Positions 25,264 to 37,372 of a stretch of 64,000 nucleotides of DNA are shown piece by piece (the first letter of the stretch is position 1; the number at the start of each line of letters is the position of its first letter). Source of the stretch: Antedon mediterranea. Its lineage: Eukaryota; Animalia; Echinodermata. Made by a program: the position numbers and the translations under genes. The notes beneath the pieces were generated by a model. It was not told the DNA's origin and ran no database searches. It saw only the letters and a list, made by a program, of their open reading frames with translations. The stretch spans positions 5,136,201 through 5,200,200 of the forward strand of contig NC_092670.1 in NCBI RefSeq assembly GCF_964355755.1, in the 5' to 3' direction.

Positions 25264-27357
25264 ATTAATCCAAAGGCAAATTATTGAAAAAAAATGACAA
25301 TGCTGTGGGTATCAGTGGCTGGATCTCAATGGAGATACAAAAATAAGCGAAAAGGTAAATAATGTAACAAGTCGGTCAATAATCTTCTACAATGTCACCA
25401 GGTACATTTTAATCGATGGTTTTGGCAACTAGACTTTTTCTTGAAATCTAATCTATTATCTAATTACTACTGGAGCGTCTCCATGGTTAATTAAGCGTAC
25501 GAGGGCATGGGAGTACTTAGTAATTAGCAACATTACTCATAATTAGAGTTACACTTCGTGGTAATTATTTCCTTAATTACAGTGGACAGCGAATGGTATA
25601 TGTTTTGTTATTGATTAGAATGTATACTCGTCTCATACCAATGGAAATGTAGCACCGGTGAATGTAATAGGCCACTGTTATCATAATAACCTAATGCATA
25701 ACATTATACGCATTGGTTATATGAATATAGATGGTTGATATAAAGCTGATGAAGCAGAAGACGATGGCATGCAAAACAAATTATAAGTTCTGATAAGTTT
25801 AGTAGTTCATTCAATAATTATGTATACGGACAACTTAAACCATGGCAGATACAAGTTAAGAATTGGAGCGTGGCGAGAACACGTAAACACAAAACAAAAT
25901 CCGACCTGCTTGAGATGGAGATAATGGAAACAACCAGTGCAAACTGTGTTTCATGTCGGAAACCTCGTATCGCACTCACAAATAACGATCGGTTTAAAGT
26001 CGTAATTACATACGTTTCAGCGACTTCAGTTACAGGGAAGATTTACAAAGACTATAACGAATTAAAATAATGCTTTTTATTAGGACAGAGAGAAGTTAGT
26101 GTTGCATATACAACCTAGGCAAAACAAAAGATGATGATGAGGTGGCACTGGCTTCAACATACCTCGCGTGTAGTATCCATGCAACACGCGATGACCAGAT
26201 ATGTTAGTTGTTGCAACATCCAGTGTACAGTGTAGTCCTACTCGAGAATGTTTTTCTAATCTACACGAGCGACGATAAATAGATAAACATACATTTTCTT
26301 ACATAAAACAAATAAAATTATAATAGTTTTCATTGTATAACCGTTGATTAAAATAATTTTTTTTAATTAAAAAAAAAATCAAAATGACGTCATATGATCT
26401 TAACAAAAACATCGTTGTATCTATACGATATTATTGCTCTTACTAATCATGAAGTCATTAATTGGAATAACAAATATTTTTCCATCAAAGGCAGCATAAA
26501 TGGTCACCTATAAGTTCTAGGATGAAAATTTATGTCGTTTTATGTAAGAAAGGTGGGTTTTTTTTCGGTCAATCTTTATCGTCCGAGTGTGTAGCAGCCG
26601 TAATGATAAATTATGTTTAGTAGGCTTGGGCTTATTAGAGCACGGGATTTGTAGAGAAGTACATCAGAGAGTTTAACATACACAAGTGAAATTAGAAGCT
26701 ACTCGACTTAATTATAATCACTCAGGCTTAATTAATCTGCAGGCTCCTGTAAGTGGTCGTGATTTTGTTTCAATATATTACTGCTGAATATTGATGGAAT
26801 ATGGTAGAAGAATGTATATTTCAATTATAATTGGTTGCTTTTCCAACATCACACACCATTGGACAATGCATCATTACTTGTAATATAAACACATTGTTGG
26901 CTTGATTTACTATCAAAATAAATAACATAAGGTATTGTAAAATTGATTGTCGTCGAACAATTTACAAAATCGTGAACAATGCTTAAATCATGTTTATGAT
27001 TAAACCTCGTAGAGGAAAACGTTTACAAAGAAAACATGATTATTCATCACTTCAACATTCTAACCAATATGACTTTAAATGTTACCTTTGTGAGATTCAC
27101 TCTAGGCCTATAACTTTACGTTTACACTACAATATTTGCTCAGTACCAAAGGAATATTTGGTACTACAGCATCTCACTTGTATCACTTGTGGAGCCTGTT
27201 GATTGGGATTAGGATTAGGTGATGATACTAGGAGATACATGTTATATTGTATTACTAATTATTCTGTTGAAATCTAGATACAGTAGGGCCTACTGAGAAT
27301 CGAGTGGCACACATTAGCCTAAAAGATAGTATGGGCTCTGCTTACCGCGTCTGCTTA

Positions 27358-27529
27358 AGTTCTGTCTGCACTATCAAACTAGTTTGAGAAAAATAAAAGT
27401 GTGATGTGCCTAAACATGGTATTGATATGCCCCAATATGGTAGTGATAGTAGTGATATGACATAATCATGTCCATATATGGGCACATCACATTTTTTGTC
27501 ACATAAAGTGTGATACTGTAGACAGAGCT
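27358..27529 (-). mobile_element. AGCTCTGTCTACAC MITE family copy (reverse orientation)
   Basis: agttctgtctgcactatcaaactagtttg...gatactgtagacagagct; left flank TTA. Confidence 0.8.
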
Positions 27530-28045
27530 TTGGCACAGATCTTAAAATATGCATCCTCTATGTATGTTTTCTTGTACGTATTTGGACAACAAGCACGAAA
27601 TGTAAGACATGCGAAAATTATACTTTTATGCAATGCATTTGTCAATTTTCCATACGTAAATAGGCCTATACCTATTAAGTTAAGTGAAAGAATAGATATT
27701 ATTCGTAAGGTACAATCAGAAGATAACGTACATCAATGTAGAGGATTAATTTGATGTGAATTCACATTCAGAACCCGAAACTGTACGTTGCATCTATAGA
27801 AACGTGGCTTTAATTAGGATTTCCATTATATGCACAAATCAATAAATTATAATTAGGTATATTAGGATAAATAAATGGTTTAATTATACAAATAGTTAGT
27901 GTTTTTGAGTGAAATGGTAAAAATAATTCCGAGTGAAAATATAACTAATATTAATATCTTTAATCGAATGAAGTTATTTGTACCATTTCACGAATATAAA
28001 ACATTTATTATTTGTTTAACAGCACACCTATACTGTAAAACAAAT

Positions 28046-28180
28046 CTAGTCCTAGTCCTATCCTGTAGGCTAGCGATACAAACAAATCTAGGCCTAGCCC
28101 TAGTCCTGTAGGCTAGCGATACAAACAAATCGCTAGGCCTAGTCCTATCCTGTAGGCTAGCGATACAGACAAATGGCTAG
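28046..28180. repeat. About 42-bp imperfect tandem repeat x3
   Basis: The core tcctgtaggctagcgataca(a/g)acaaat is repeated three times with ctagtc/ctaggc spacers. Confidence 0.8.
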
Positions 28181-28263
28181 GCAACTGAAACTGATACATT
28201 TTTTTTTTCAACGATTCCACGTCCTATTCCACGAATCATTATTGAATTTTCGCCGTGGCCTGA

Positions 28264-28350
28264 TTTTAAGTCGCGTGTAAACGCGACTCTATAGCTCACT
28301 ACGTCGGTCGGTAAACACCAACAAAATTTGCGCACGCAACTGCAGCCATT
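28264..28350 (+). mobile_element. HINE-like element, copy 4 (3' truncated)
   Basis: ttttaagtcgcgtgtaaacgcgactctatagctcactacgtcggtcggtaaacac...gcacgcaactgcagccat. Confidence 0.7.
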
Positions 28351-29752
28351 TTCGTACAAAATTGATCAATCGTTGTATTTAACGTCGGTGTGCATTTCAT
28401 TAAATATCATGTGACCCACAATTTTCCAATCTAATTACAAGAATCGAAGGTGTGTTTTTGTTTAACGTTGTTAATCATATGTACGGCTAAACATGTACCC
28501 GTATGAATCTTTAAACCACGACATATATATATATATATATATGTCTTGGTTATATATATATAAATATTTAATATTTGCAGATGTCTATGCCTGATCTCTA
28601 ATAAGCATAAGTAAACACACACACCGCTAGACGTTATCAGCAATATACTATAATATATTAGATAGCTATCCCAATGAAACACCTGCAGTAATATCAAGAG
28701 GCAAGAAGCATTGGTGAGTATGGATTGTTCTATTATTAATAAAAGGATAACTCTCCGCCATGATTTTGATCAACTTTTGCAAATTTTATGAATCCCAGTC
28801 AGAGAGCGAACGGAAAAATGCCACTGAACACGTTCTGAAAGTTTGTGGTTCGTGTCAGTCGACTTGCGCATGCGCATTTTATGCAAAAAACGTAATTGGT
28901 TATTAGCCGAATAATAGTAGACATGCAAATAGAAAAGTCCCTAATGTTGAATCAGAGAATGGTAGTTTCAGATTTTTATTTGGAATAATAATTTTAAGAA
29001 TTATTAAAATGTTTATAGTTGTACACAGTAGCTGCGTTAATGCTGGCATTAGCTTCTTTGTCACGTTCTAATAACATTCCTATTTTAAAACAACACGAGC
29101 GTAGATAAGCCCATGCCTTAAAAAGCATGCAAGTGACAATGCTTAAGACGATGTAGTATGTTTTGTTGTTAATAAACAGGACTGGCTAATAACTATTCGT
29201 CACGCTTTATTTTAGTGTAGGAGCAGTTAAAATCATTAGTTTTGACATGGCGTTAGTATTATTGATCGACGTTTATTCGATCAAACATCATTTACAAATT
29301 AGATACAATCTAATTCTTAGAGCTGAAATATTTTGTTATCCCATTATCATCTCTTTCATAATTCACAAGTAACGCTCAATTTCCGCTCAAGTAATGTTGT
29401 CTGCGCATTCCTAAGTTTGACGGAAACCCATAGGTCGAGAAACGTTACCCAACTGAAACTTTAACCGAATGCTCTCGAAATTCATTTCACAAAATAATGA
29501 AATGGATTTTCGATTTTTTTGTTATTTTAGAATGTTTTGGGAGTCACTCGGTGTTACAAAGTATATTGTTACAAAATATAAATTTTCTCTTGGGGGAAGC
29601 CCCATTTGAAAATCCCCCAAAAATAATTCACCGGTGACGTCACTTTACGAATATCCTATCCCTCCAATAGAAAATCTGCAGTTTTTAAATGGAAATGTTG
29701 ATATTTCAAAAATACAATAAACCTTTTGTTTTGATATTTGTAGGTAGTCACA

Positions 29753-30772
29753 ATGTATAACACAACTGAATTTGACTCTTCTTACACTGCTCCGACGTTG
29801 GAAATCATCCTAATTATACCAGATATACTAGTCCTTGTGATTGGTGTAATTGGAAATGGAACTCTATGCGTTATTATACTGGCCAACCAATCAATGCGGA
29901 CGAGACATAATACCTTGATATGTAATCTTGCAGTTGCAGATCTTTTTTTCCTTCTTTTTAACATCCCGTTTAAAGCCATTCATACAATTATACCAGGCTT
30001 TTTAAACAATCTTGCTGCATGTAAGGTTATGAACTCAGTAATGGTATTAACGTTAGCAGTGTCTTCTCTGTCGATCGCTGCTCTAAGTGCTGAACGATAC
30101 TTTGCTTCTGCAACAGCAAGGAATACGACAATGACTGCATTGAAAATAAAGAAAATAGTGGTACCAATCATCTGGGTTTCTGCTATAATCTCCACTATAC
30201 CAATTCTTATTTCTGCTAAGATGGAATCTCATATGGGTGAATCGTTTTGCGAAATGGTGCCCGTTGGGACGCTTTATGGGATTGGTTATGAAGTTTGTAT
30301 AGCCATTCTATTGATAATAGTTCCTTTAATAGTCACTCTTGCGTTTTATTTATCGATGGCAAGAAAGTTGGTTCGAGACTACAGTGAAATGTCCGCTGTA
30401 GGACCGAGTAGCCGCGAAGAGAACAGCGTTCATCACGATTCCGTGTCCCGACAGAGACGCGAACGAGGACGAAAGAGCTTGGCGCTTACTGTTGTCGTGA
30501 TCGCTATTTTATTTGGAATATGTTGGATACCAACTTACATCTATAAAATATTTTACCAAACGGTGATTTATACAAGCAACGTGAAGATTTTGTTATGGAG
30601 TGGACTGCACCCGCTTGGACAATTTCTACAAGTTTTTTCTCATATAAACTCGTGTGTAAATCCGATTGTTTTGTACATTCGAAGCCGAACTTATCATGGC
30701 TATTTCAATAAATACCTGTGTTACTGTTATTCAAAAGCGAAACGATACAAGAAACAACCTGTTACCAGTTAG
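29753..30772 (+). CDS. Class A (rhodopsin-like) neuropeptide GPCR, bombesin/GRP-NMB/CCHamide/endothelin receptor-like; single coding exon
   Basis: 339-aa ORF with seven hydrophobic segments. Motifs: GVIGNGTL (TM1), NLAVADL (TM2), C3.25 (ACK), LSAERY (TM3), IW..S (TM4), ECL2 Cys (FCE), FGICWIP (TM6), NSCVNPIVLY (TM7; the NPxxL-Y form seen in bombesin/endothelin receptors). Also an N-terminal N-glycosylation site (NTT) and C-terminal Cys residues (YLCYC). A splice acceptor (ttttgttttgatatttgtag) ends at 29743, just upstream of the ATG. Confidence 0.95.
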   Translation: MYNTTEFDSSYTAPTLEIILIIPDILVLVIGVIGNGTLCVIILANQSMRTRHNTLICNLAVADLFFLLFNIPFKAIHTIIPGFLNNLAACKVMNSVMVLTLAVSSLSIAALSAERYFASATARNTTMTALKIKKIVVPIIWVSAIISTIPILISAKMESHMGESFCEMVPVGTLYGIGYEVCIAILLIIVPLIVTLAFYLSMARKLVRDYSEMSAVGPSSREENSVHHDSVSRQRRERGRKSLALTVVVIAILFGICWIPTYIYKIFYQTVIYTSNVKILLWSGLHPLGQFLQVFSHINSCVNPIVLYIRSRTYHGYFNKYLCYCYSKAKRYKKQPVTS

Positions 30773-31730
30773 AAAGAGATTCTTATATCAACAGTTTTTT
30801 TGTTCGTGAATTGTTAAGATTTGGAAGTAAATCAAAAACGTAGAAACAACTCCAGGACAATCGTCATTTGTCGACAGTAAGCTTTCGCTTCGGATAGAGG
30901 TATAGACAGATTTCATTTTAAAAATTTCATTATCGGGACATTTATCGCCCCAAAAGCAAGCGCAATGAATACATTTAGATGGCCTACTGTAACTCAGGAA
31001 CTTACAACAAAAGGCGAAAATGGGCGATAATTAGGTTGAATCGTATATCCACCGTTCTCTCAGTTTATACTTAACTTATAAAAAATAAATGTAGTTGTTT
31101 AAATCAACATCAACATTTTGTAAAATATATAATGTTCAAAAGGATGAAACATTGAACATAATTTAATATTTGGCAATTGGTTTCTTAAGGGTTTTTTAAA
31201 AATCCGAAATATTACATTCATTGCGTTTATCATCATGCTAATATACTGGTACTGGTTATCTAGAACTTAATACAGGAAGCATGTATTTTATCGATACAGT
31301 AGTATTCAAAATGTGTAGTGCTATCATTTTGTGCAATAAGGGTAATATTGAAAAAGTTTCTGATGTTTTGTAAGTGTTTGTGTGTGTAGTGTGTGTGTTT
31401 TTTTGGTAAGTTGTAAATAGTAAAATATAATGGCAATTGATTGGTAAGAACTATCCTTTAACCATTTGGACATTCCATAACTATCATTCATGGCACGTTT
31501 AAAATGGAATGTTATTAGAAGAATAACTAGGCATACTTTTTATTTTTCGTTTATTTTTTTATTTTTTTGTCAACAAAAAGTACTTTTCATTACACAATAA
31601 TCACTATGAAAAGCCAAAAGCAAAACAAGAGATAATAAAACATGTATTTCAGAAACAACCTAAAACATTCATCCAGCAATATCAATCAGTGAACTAAATC
31701 ATACAATCTTGCATCGACAAACATGAAATA

Positions 31731-31880
31731 GACTTGTAATAAAGACTTTGTTTATGTAGAGCATTGTGTGTATATGTTTGTCTCGTGAACGGATTGCCAC
31801 CTTTAAGAAGGATAGTGATTGAATTTGCTTATGGTTATCCTTGGAAATTTGCCTAAATATATAAAATTAAAATAAAAATA
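31731..31880 (+). mobile_element. 5'-truncated SINE fragment (body shared with the SINE at about 61950)
   Basis: gacttgtaataaagactttgtttatgta...tgtttgtctcgtgaac matches 62085-62125. It ends in an A-rich tail. Confidence 0.55.
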
Positions 31881-32769
31881 GGCGAACCAATCAACACTCA
31901 ATGTATAGCAAACTGTTTGTCCATAAATCAACAACCCGACCAACCAATCATCAATCTAAGCAACCGACAATCCAACCAACCAACATATCAACAAATAATT
32001 TTCCATCTAAGCAACAAAATAAACCAGTCGATCATTCATCGTCAACATTATTAACAAAGCTACTAATCAGCAAATCATTCGTCCATGCAGGGAGTCAACT
32101 CCCTGGTCCATGCAAGCAACAAACAAACCAACCATTAACACGTGCAAGCATCAACAAACCAATAAACCATATTGAACCATTCATCCACAATCGACAATCC
32201 AATCGGCAATCTAATCGACCAACAAACAAATAATAAATCATACAAGTAACCGATAAACAAACCGATCATTAAACAACCAAAAACATTTTAAACAAATAAA
32301 ATCAACCATCATCCATCAAAATAAATTAACTGATCAAAATACACCAAAATAAAAATATACAATCTACTATACTATAACCAACATTAGTCCAACAAGCAAC
32401 TATTAAACTTAAAACATACAAACCAATTAAAAATCAACTATTCATCCATCTAATCCACACACCATCCAGACAACTGACTAACACAACCAACCAACCAAAT
32501 ATGAGTCCATTTAAATATTACCTAAATTATTATAACCAAACGAAACAATCTTTTAATCATTTAAACTAATAATCAACCATAATCAACCATCATTCATAGC
32601 AAGCTAAAATTAGACATTGATACAGAAATCAGCAAAGAAATAAAACATTCATCTATCCAAGCAAACAAACAAATCAATTAAAAAAAACAACTCTTCTAAC
32701 GTATTATCACAAACCAAACACACCATCCACGAAAATCAAACAACAAAACATTGATCAATTCAACTAAAC

Positions 32770-34360
32770 ACAAACCATTCATTCATTCATAAAAAAACAA
32801 CCAGTCAACCATTCATACATTCGACCAGGCAATGACAAAACTATTCATTCATTAAAAACCAACCAGTCAACCATTCATTTATTCGACCAGGCAACCACAA
32901 ACAATTTATTCATTCATTAAAAACCAACCAGTCAACCATTCATTCATTCGACCAGACAACCACAAACATTTTATTCAATCATTAAAAACCAACCAGTCAA
33001 CCATTCATTCATTCGACCAGACAACCACAAACAATTTATTCATTCATTAAAAACCAACCAGTCAACCATTCATTCATTCGACCAGACAACCATTTATTCA
33101 CTCATTAAAAACCAACCAGTCAACCATTAAAATCATTCATTCGACCAGGCAACCACCAACCATTTACAGTATTAATTCATTAAAAACCAACCAACCAGTC
33201 AACCATTAAAATCATTCATTCGACCAGGCAACCACAAAAGCATTCATTCATTCATTAAAAACCAACCATTCACTCGACCAGGCAACCACAAACCATTTAC
33301 AGTATCAATTCTTTAAAAACCAAACAGTCAACCATTCATTCATTCGACCAGGCAACCACAAAACCATTCATTCATTCATTAAAAACCAACCAGTCAACCA
33401 TTCATTCATTTGACCAGACAACCATTTATTCATTCAATAAAAAAACAAACCAGTCAACCACATTCATTCATTTGACCAGGCAACCACAAACCATTTCAGT
33501 ATTAATTCATTAAAAAACAACCAGTTAACCATTAAAATCATTCATTCGACCAAGCAACCACAAACCATTTACAATATCAATTCATTAAAAACCAACCAGT
33601 CAAACATTCATTCATTCGACCAGGCAACCACAAACCATTTATTCATTCATAAAAAACAACCAGTCAAACATTTATTCATTCATTAAAAACCAACCAGTCA
33701 ACCACATTCATTCATTCGACCAGGCAACCACAAACCATTTGCAGTATTAATTCATTGAAAACCAGCCAGTCAACCATTCATTCATTCGGCCAGGCAACCA
33801 CAAACCATTTATTCAATCATAAAAAACAACCAGTCAACCAATCATTCATTCGACCAGACAACCATAAACCATTTATTTATTCCTTAAAAACCAACCAGTC
33901 AACCATTAAATCATTTATTCGACCAGGCAACCACTAATCATTTATTCATTCATTAAAAAGCAACCATTCATTCATTCATTCGACCAGGCAACCACTAACC
34001 ATTTATTCATTCATTAAAAAGCAACCATTCATTCATTCATTCATTCGACCAGGCAACCACTAACCAATTATTCATTCATTAAAAAACAACCAGTCAACCA
34101 ATCATTCATTCGACCAGACAACCATAAACCATTTATTTATTCCTTAAAAACCAACCAGTCAACCATTAAATCATTTATTCGACCAGGCAACCACTAATCA
34201 TTTATTCATTAGTCATTAAAAAGCAACCATTCATTCATTCGACCAGGCAACCACTAACCATTTATTCATTCATTAAAAAGCAACCATTCATTCATTCATT
34301 CGACCAGGCAACCACTAACCATTTATTCATTCATTAAAAAACAACCAGTCAACCATTACC
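32770..34360. repeat. About 60-70-bp unit minisatellite (over 20 copies) inside a C/A-rich low-complexity tract
   Basis: The unit resembles cattaaaaaccaaccagtcaaccattcattcattcgaccaggcaaccacaaaccatttattcatt. Confidence 0.92.
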
Positions 34361-35515
34361 ATTGACATAATATATTCATTCATCCAAGCAACCAAAATCA
34401 TCTATTGGAAACATTTGTTTTCTAAAAAAAATGTTCGTCCATCCAATCCAAGAAAGCAACCAAGCAAAAAATCACCCAAACAACCAATAATTTATCCAAT
34501 CAGCCAACTATCCGAAGAACCGACCATTCAACTATCAATTCAACTAACCATCCATTCACCTAAAAATAAAAAGCACCAACCAACCATCAATGTATTGAAA
34601 CAACCATCAGACCATCTAACCACCACAATCAAGTGGGAACCCAACAAAACTAATCAACTATCATTCATAAAAAACAATAATATACTAAAATATAATGTAA
34701 AACTAAAACATCAGAAACTCACTCACCCATACACCCACGGAACCACTGAATGAACCAACCATTCAATCACCTAATCAATGAAACAAAACACCAGCTATTC
34801 ACCCATATAAAACTTTCCAGCCAATCCTCCTACTAAGCAACACATCAACTTATTATTACCCAGAACAGCCAACAAACAAACTATAATTCGTTCATCCAAA
34901 AAACAACAAACTAAACATAAAACAATATCGTTAAACGATAAATCAACATTGAACTAACGAAATATTCAAACAGTTAAACAACTGACTCCCAATCGTTTAT
35001 TCAATAAATAAGCAACATCATTTATAAATACCATCCAACAATAAAATAGCCAGTCTGCACAGACCAAGGCAATCAAGTAAATAATAAAACAATCAAGAAA
35101 AGACAAACTCCATAAACAGACCAGTCACCAAAAACTATTCAAAACTCACATTCTTCAAATTATCTATTAAACAATTAGCAAACTAACCCATGCACAAAGC
35201 AGTCAACCAATCGATGAAAATATAAAAAAAAAAATCTTTCCGATCGTCAACCAACAAAAAAAACTCTCACATCAACCAATCTTTCAAAAAACTTGAACGT
35301 CAATCACAAACAAAACGAACCAATATCACAAAACAATCAACATATAATGAAAACGATGATGCACCAAGCGAATAAATAATACAGCCAACCTCTGACGTTC
35401 ATCATCAAATTGGAACCATAAAAACGACAGAATTTACTAAAACATAATAGTGAACAAACAGAATCAACAATATTACTATTGTAAAATAGTAGATCTAAAT
35501 TTTTATTTATATATA

Positions 35516-36320
35516 TGTAACAGGGTAACAGGTAGTATGCTTATACCCAAATACTTGAATGATTTATCTGCTGAATCTGAGAAACCTTGTGGGACCCATT
35601 AAAGTAAAAGCTGAAATGATAAGTGACCATGCTATAAATAGATGAGTCACCTCATCCAAGTGGCGGGAAAATGGTCATGACTATTTAGTGTATAATGTTT
35701 CAGTATGGGTCAGTTCATAAATGGACAAGGGATTTTGTTAATTGATTTCTTTTTTAATAGTTTCTTTTTTTTGTATAACCGAACTTTAAATTGATAATTT
35801 CATGTGTATGACTTGAGTTACAATACAATCGGTCTGTAAACTACGAAATAACGTTATGGTAAATGTATTATACCATCGGTTAAAAATTGTCATAGTACCC
35901 AACTGGGAATGGATGACACTTACTAGTGCCTAGCCCGAAGTGAAGGTTTTCATCTCCTTCCGACTGGTTACTAGGTAAGCATCTATATTTTTATTTCTCT
36001 TAGTTTTAGAATTGTTTTACTATAGTTAATATAGTTGATTAGTTATTTGATTGTTATACTAGACACAACGCAATAGTAGCCTATACTGTCGTTAATGATA
36101 CGATTGATCGATCGATCACTGATATGTTATTTTAAATATAGTAACACTGTTTTTGTTATATCTCCTTCCGACTGCTGGTTACTAGCTTCAATAAAAGAAG
36201 TTAACTTTTCCAAACCAAGAACTGTCTTTGTGGATGATTTTATTGTGTTTGTGCCAGTGCTGCAGCTCCGGAAAATACTACGCGATACAGCTACGACGCT
36301 AATAGTACGAACCTGTTACA
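35516..36320 (+). mobile_element. Probable solo LTR (Gypsy/BEL-type), 805 bp
   Basis: It begins TGTAACAGG and ends CCTGTTACA (TG...CA with a 9-bp inverted repeat). TATA-like tataaata at about 35633 and AATAAA at 36190. It sits in a TA-rich site (flanks tata / ttta, imperfect TSD). Confidence 0.65.
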
Positions 36321-36463
36321 TTTATATATTTTATATTTTGCTTAATTTAACATATCTGTTATTTTCTATTTGTCAAGGATTTTTAGTCTTATGTAATTAA
36401 TTTTATTGTTTTGGTTTTTCTTTTACTTTTCTGTTCTTGTTGTTGTTTGTATATTGTATCTGT

Positions 36464-36548
36464 TCTGAGGGTCCCAAATGATCAGCAAATGCTGGATGGA
36501 TCACCACCCTCATTAAATATGTTTAAAAAAAAAAATAAATAAATAAAA
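36464..36548 (+). mobile_element. Retroposon (LINE/SINE) 3' tail
   Basis: tctgagggtcccaaatgatcagcaaatgctggatggatcacc...ctcatta...poly(A) is nearly identical to 62127-62207. Confidence 0.65.
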
Positions 36549-37009
36549 TTATTACCAATCCATTTTTTTTAAAGTTCAATGATTAGGAAGTATTCTTTAA
36601 ATTAGTAAAGATTTCCAACACATTGATTCATTAAACTTTATTATTTAAAAAATAGCTTTCGCTAATCGAAGTTTGACTCCTGTTACAAAAACAAATTGGT
36701 CAAAAAGCATTTGATCTAACAACAACAATATGTAATTCAATAAGAAAGAACAACTATATACAAGAAATAAATTAATCAAAGGTTAACATTAATATTTTGT
36801 AATTGTAAGAACATGACTATCAAAAAACTGTCTTGATGTCAAAAAAGATTGTTATTATTATTCATAATGGACAGACGATTATCGATTACTATAATATTTG
36901 TTTCGAACTAATGACTTATACAAAAGTGAAAATATTGATATTTGAAGGTTAACATAGTTAAGTTAAAGGTTAAGAACATAGTTAAGAATCAAATGTCAAA
37001 GTTATTAAA

Positions 37010-37372
37010 ATGTAAATGTAAAGGGGGAATTACCTGCAACTTTCAGCCTACTGGGCTGAATTGCGCACAGGCTGGTGTGGACGAGACATACCGCAACTTT
37101 CTACTCCCCTAATGCTCTCTTCCTTTCGAGTGCTGCCACCAAATGGCACCTTTTCAACAGGAGCTGAATGGACCAGCACATCGGCGTAACTCCCTACTCT
37201 TCCGAGAGATTTACTGGGTTCTGCACACGAGCCATATGTGTACACTGGACCTCCATTCCTTATCAGAGAAGACTATCACTAGAACAATGGTCGAAGAGTG
37301 ATTTGAACCTGTGACGATTGTATAGCTATGGTTTGCGGCGGCGCCCTCGTCATAACCGCTTGACCACTCGAC
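37010..37372 (-). mobile_element. tRNA-derived SINE with Deu/Nin-type core
   Basis: On the minus strand: A box tggtcaagcgg, B box ggttcaaatc, core gtcttctctgataagga...ggtccagtgtacacata...gaagagtagggagttacgccgatgtgctggtcc, and a (tacatt)n tail. Head and core are homologous to the 47091 copy. Confidence 0.75.

Noticed and set aside
26260-26600. Possible old MITE (ctacac...gacgataaa / tttatcgtc...gtgtag)
   Set aside because: The inverted repeats are too degenerate and there is no TSD.
29782-30195. Antisense ORFs of 65 and 71 aa
   Set aside because: They are shadows of the GPCR coding strand.
32770-34360. Repeat-spacer-like pattern
   Set aside because: The intervening sequences are variants of the same unit, so this is an ordinary minisatellite. 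ORFs at 31901, 33755 and 34415 are low-complexity artefacts.
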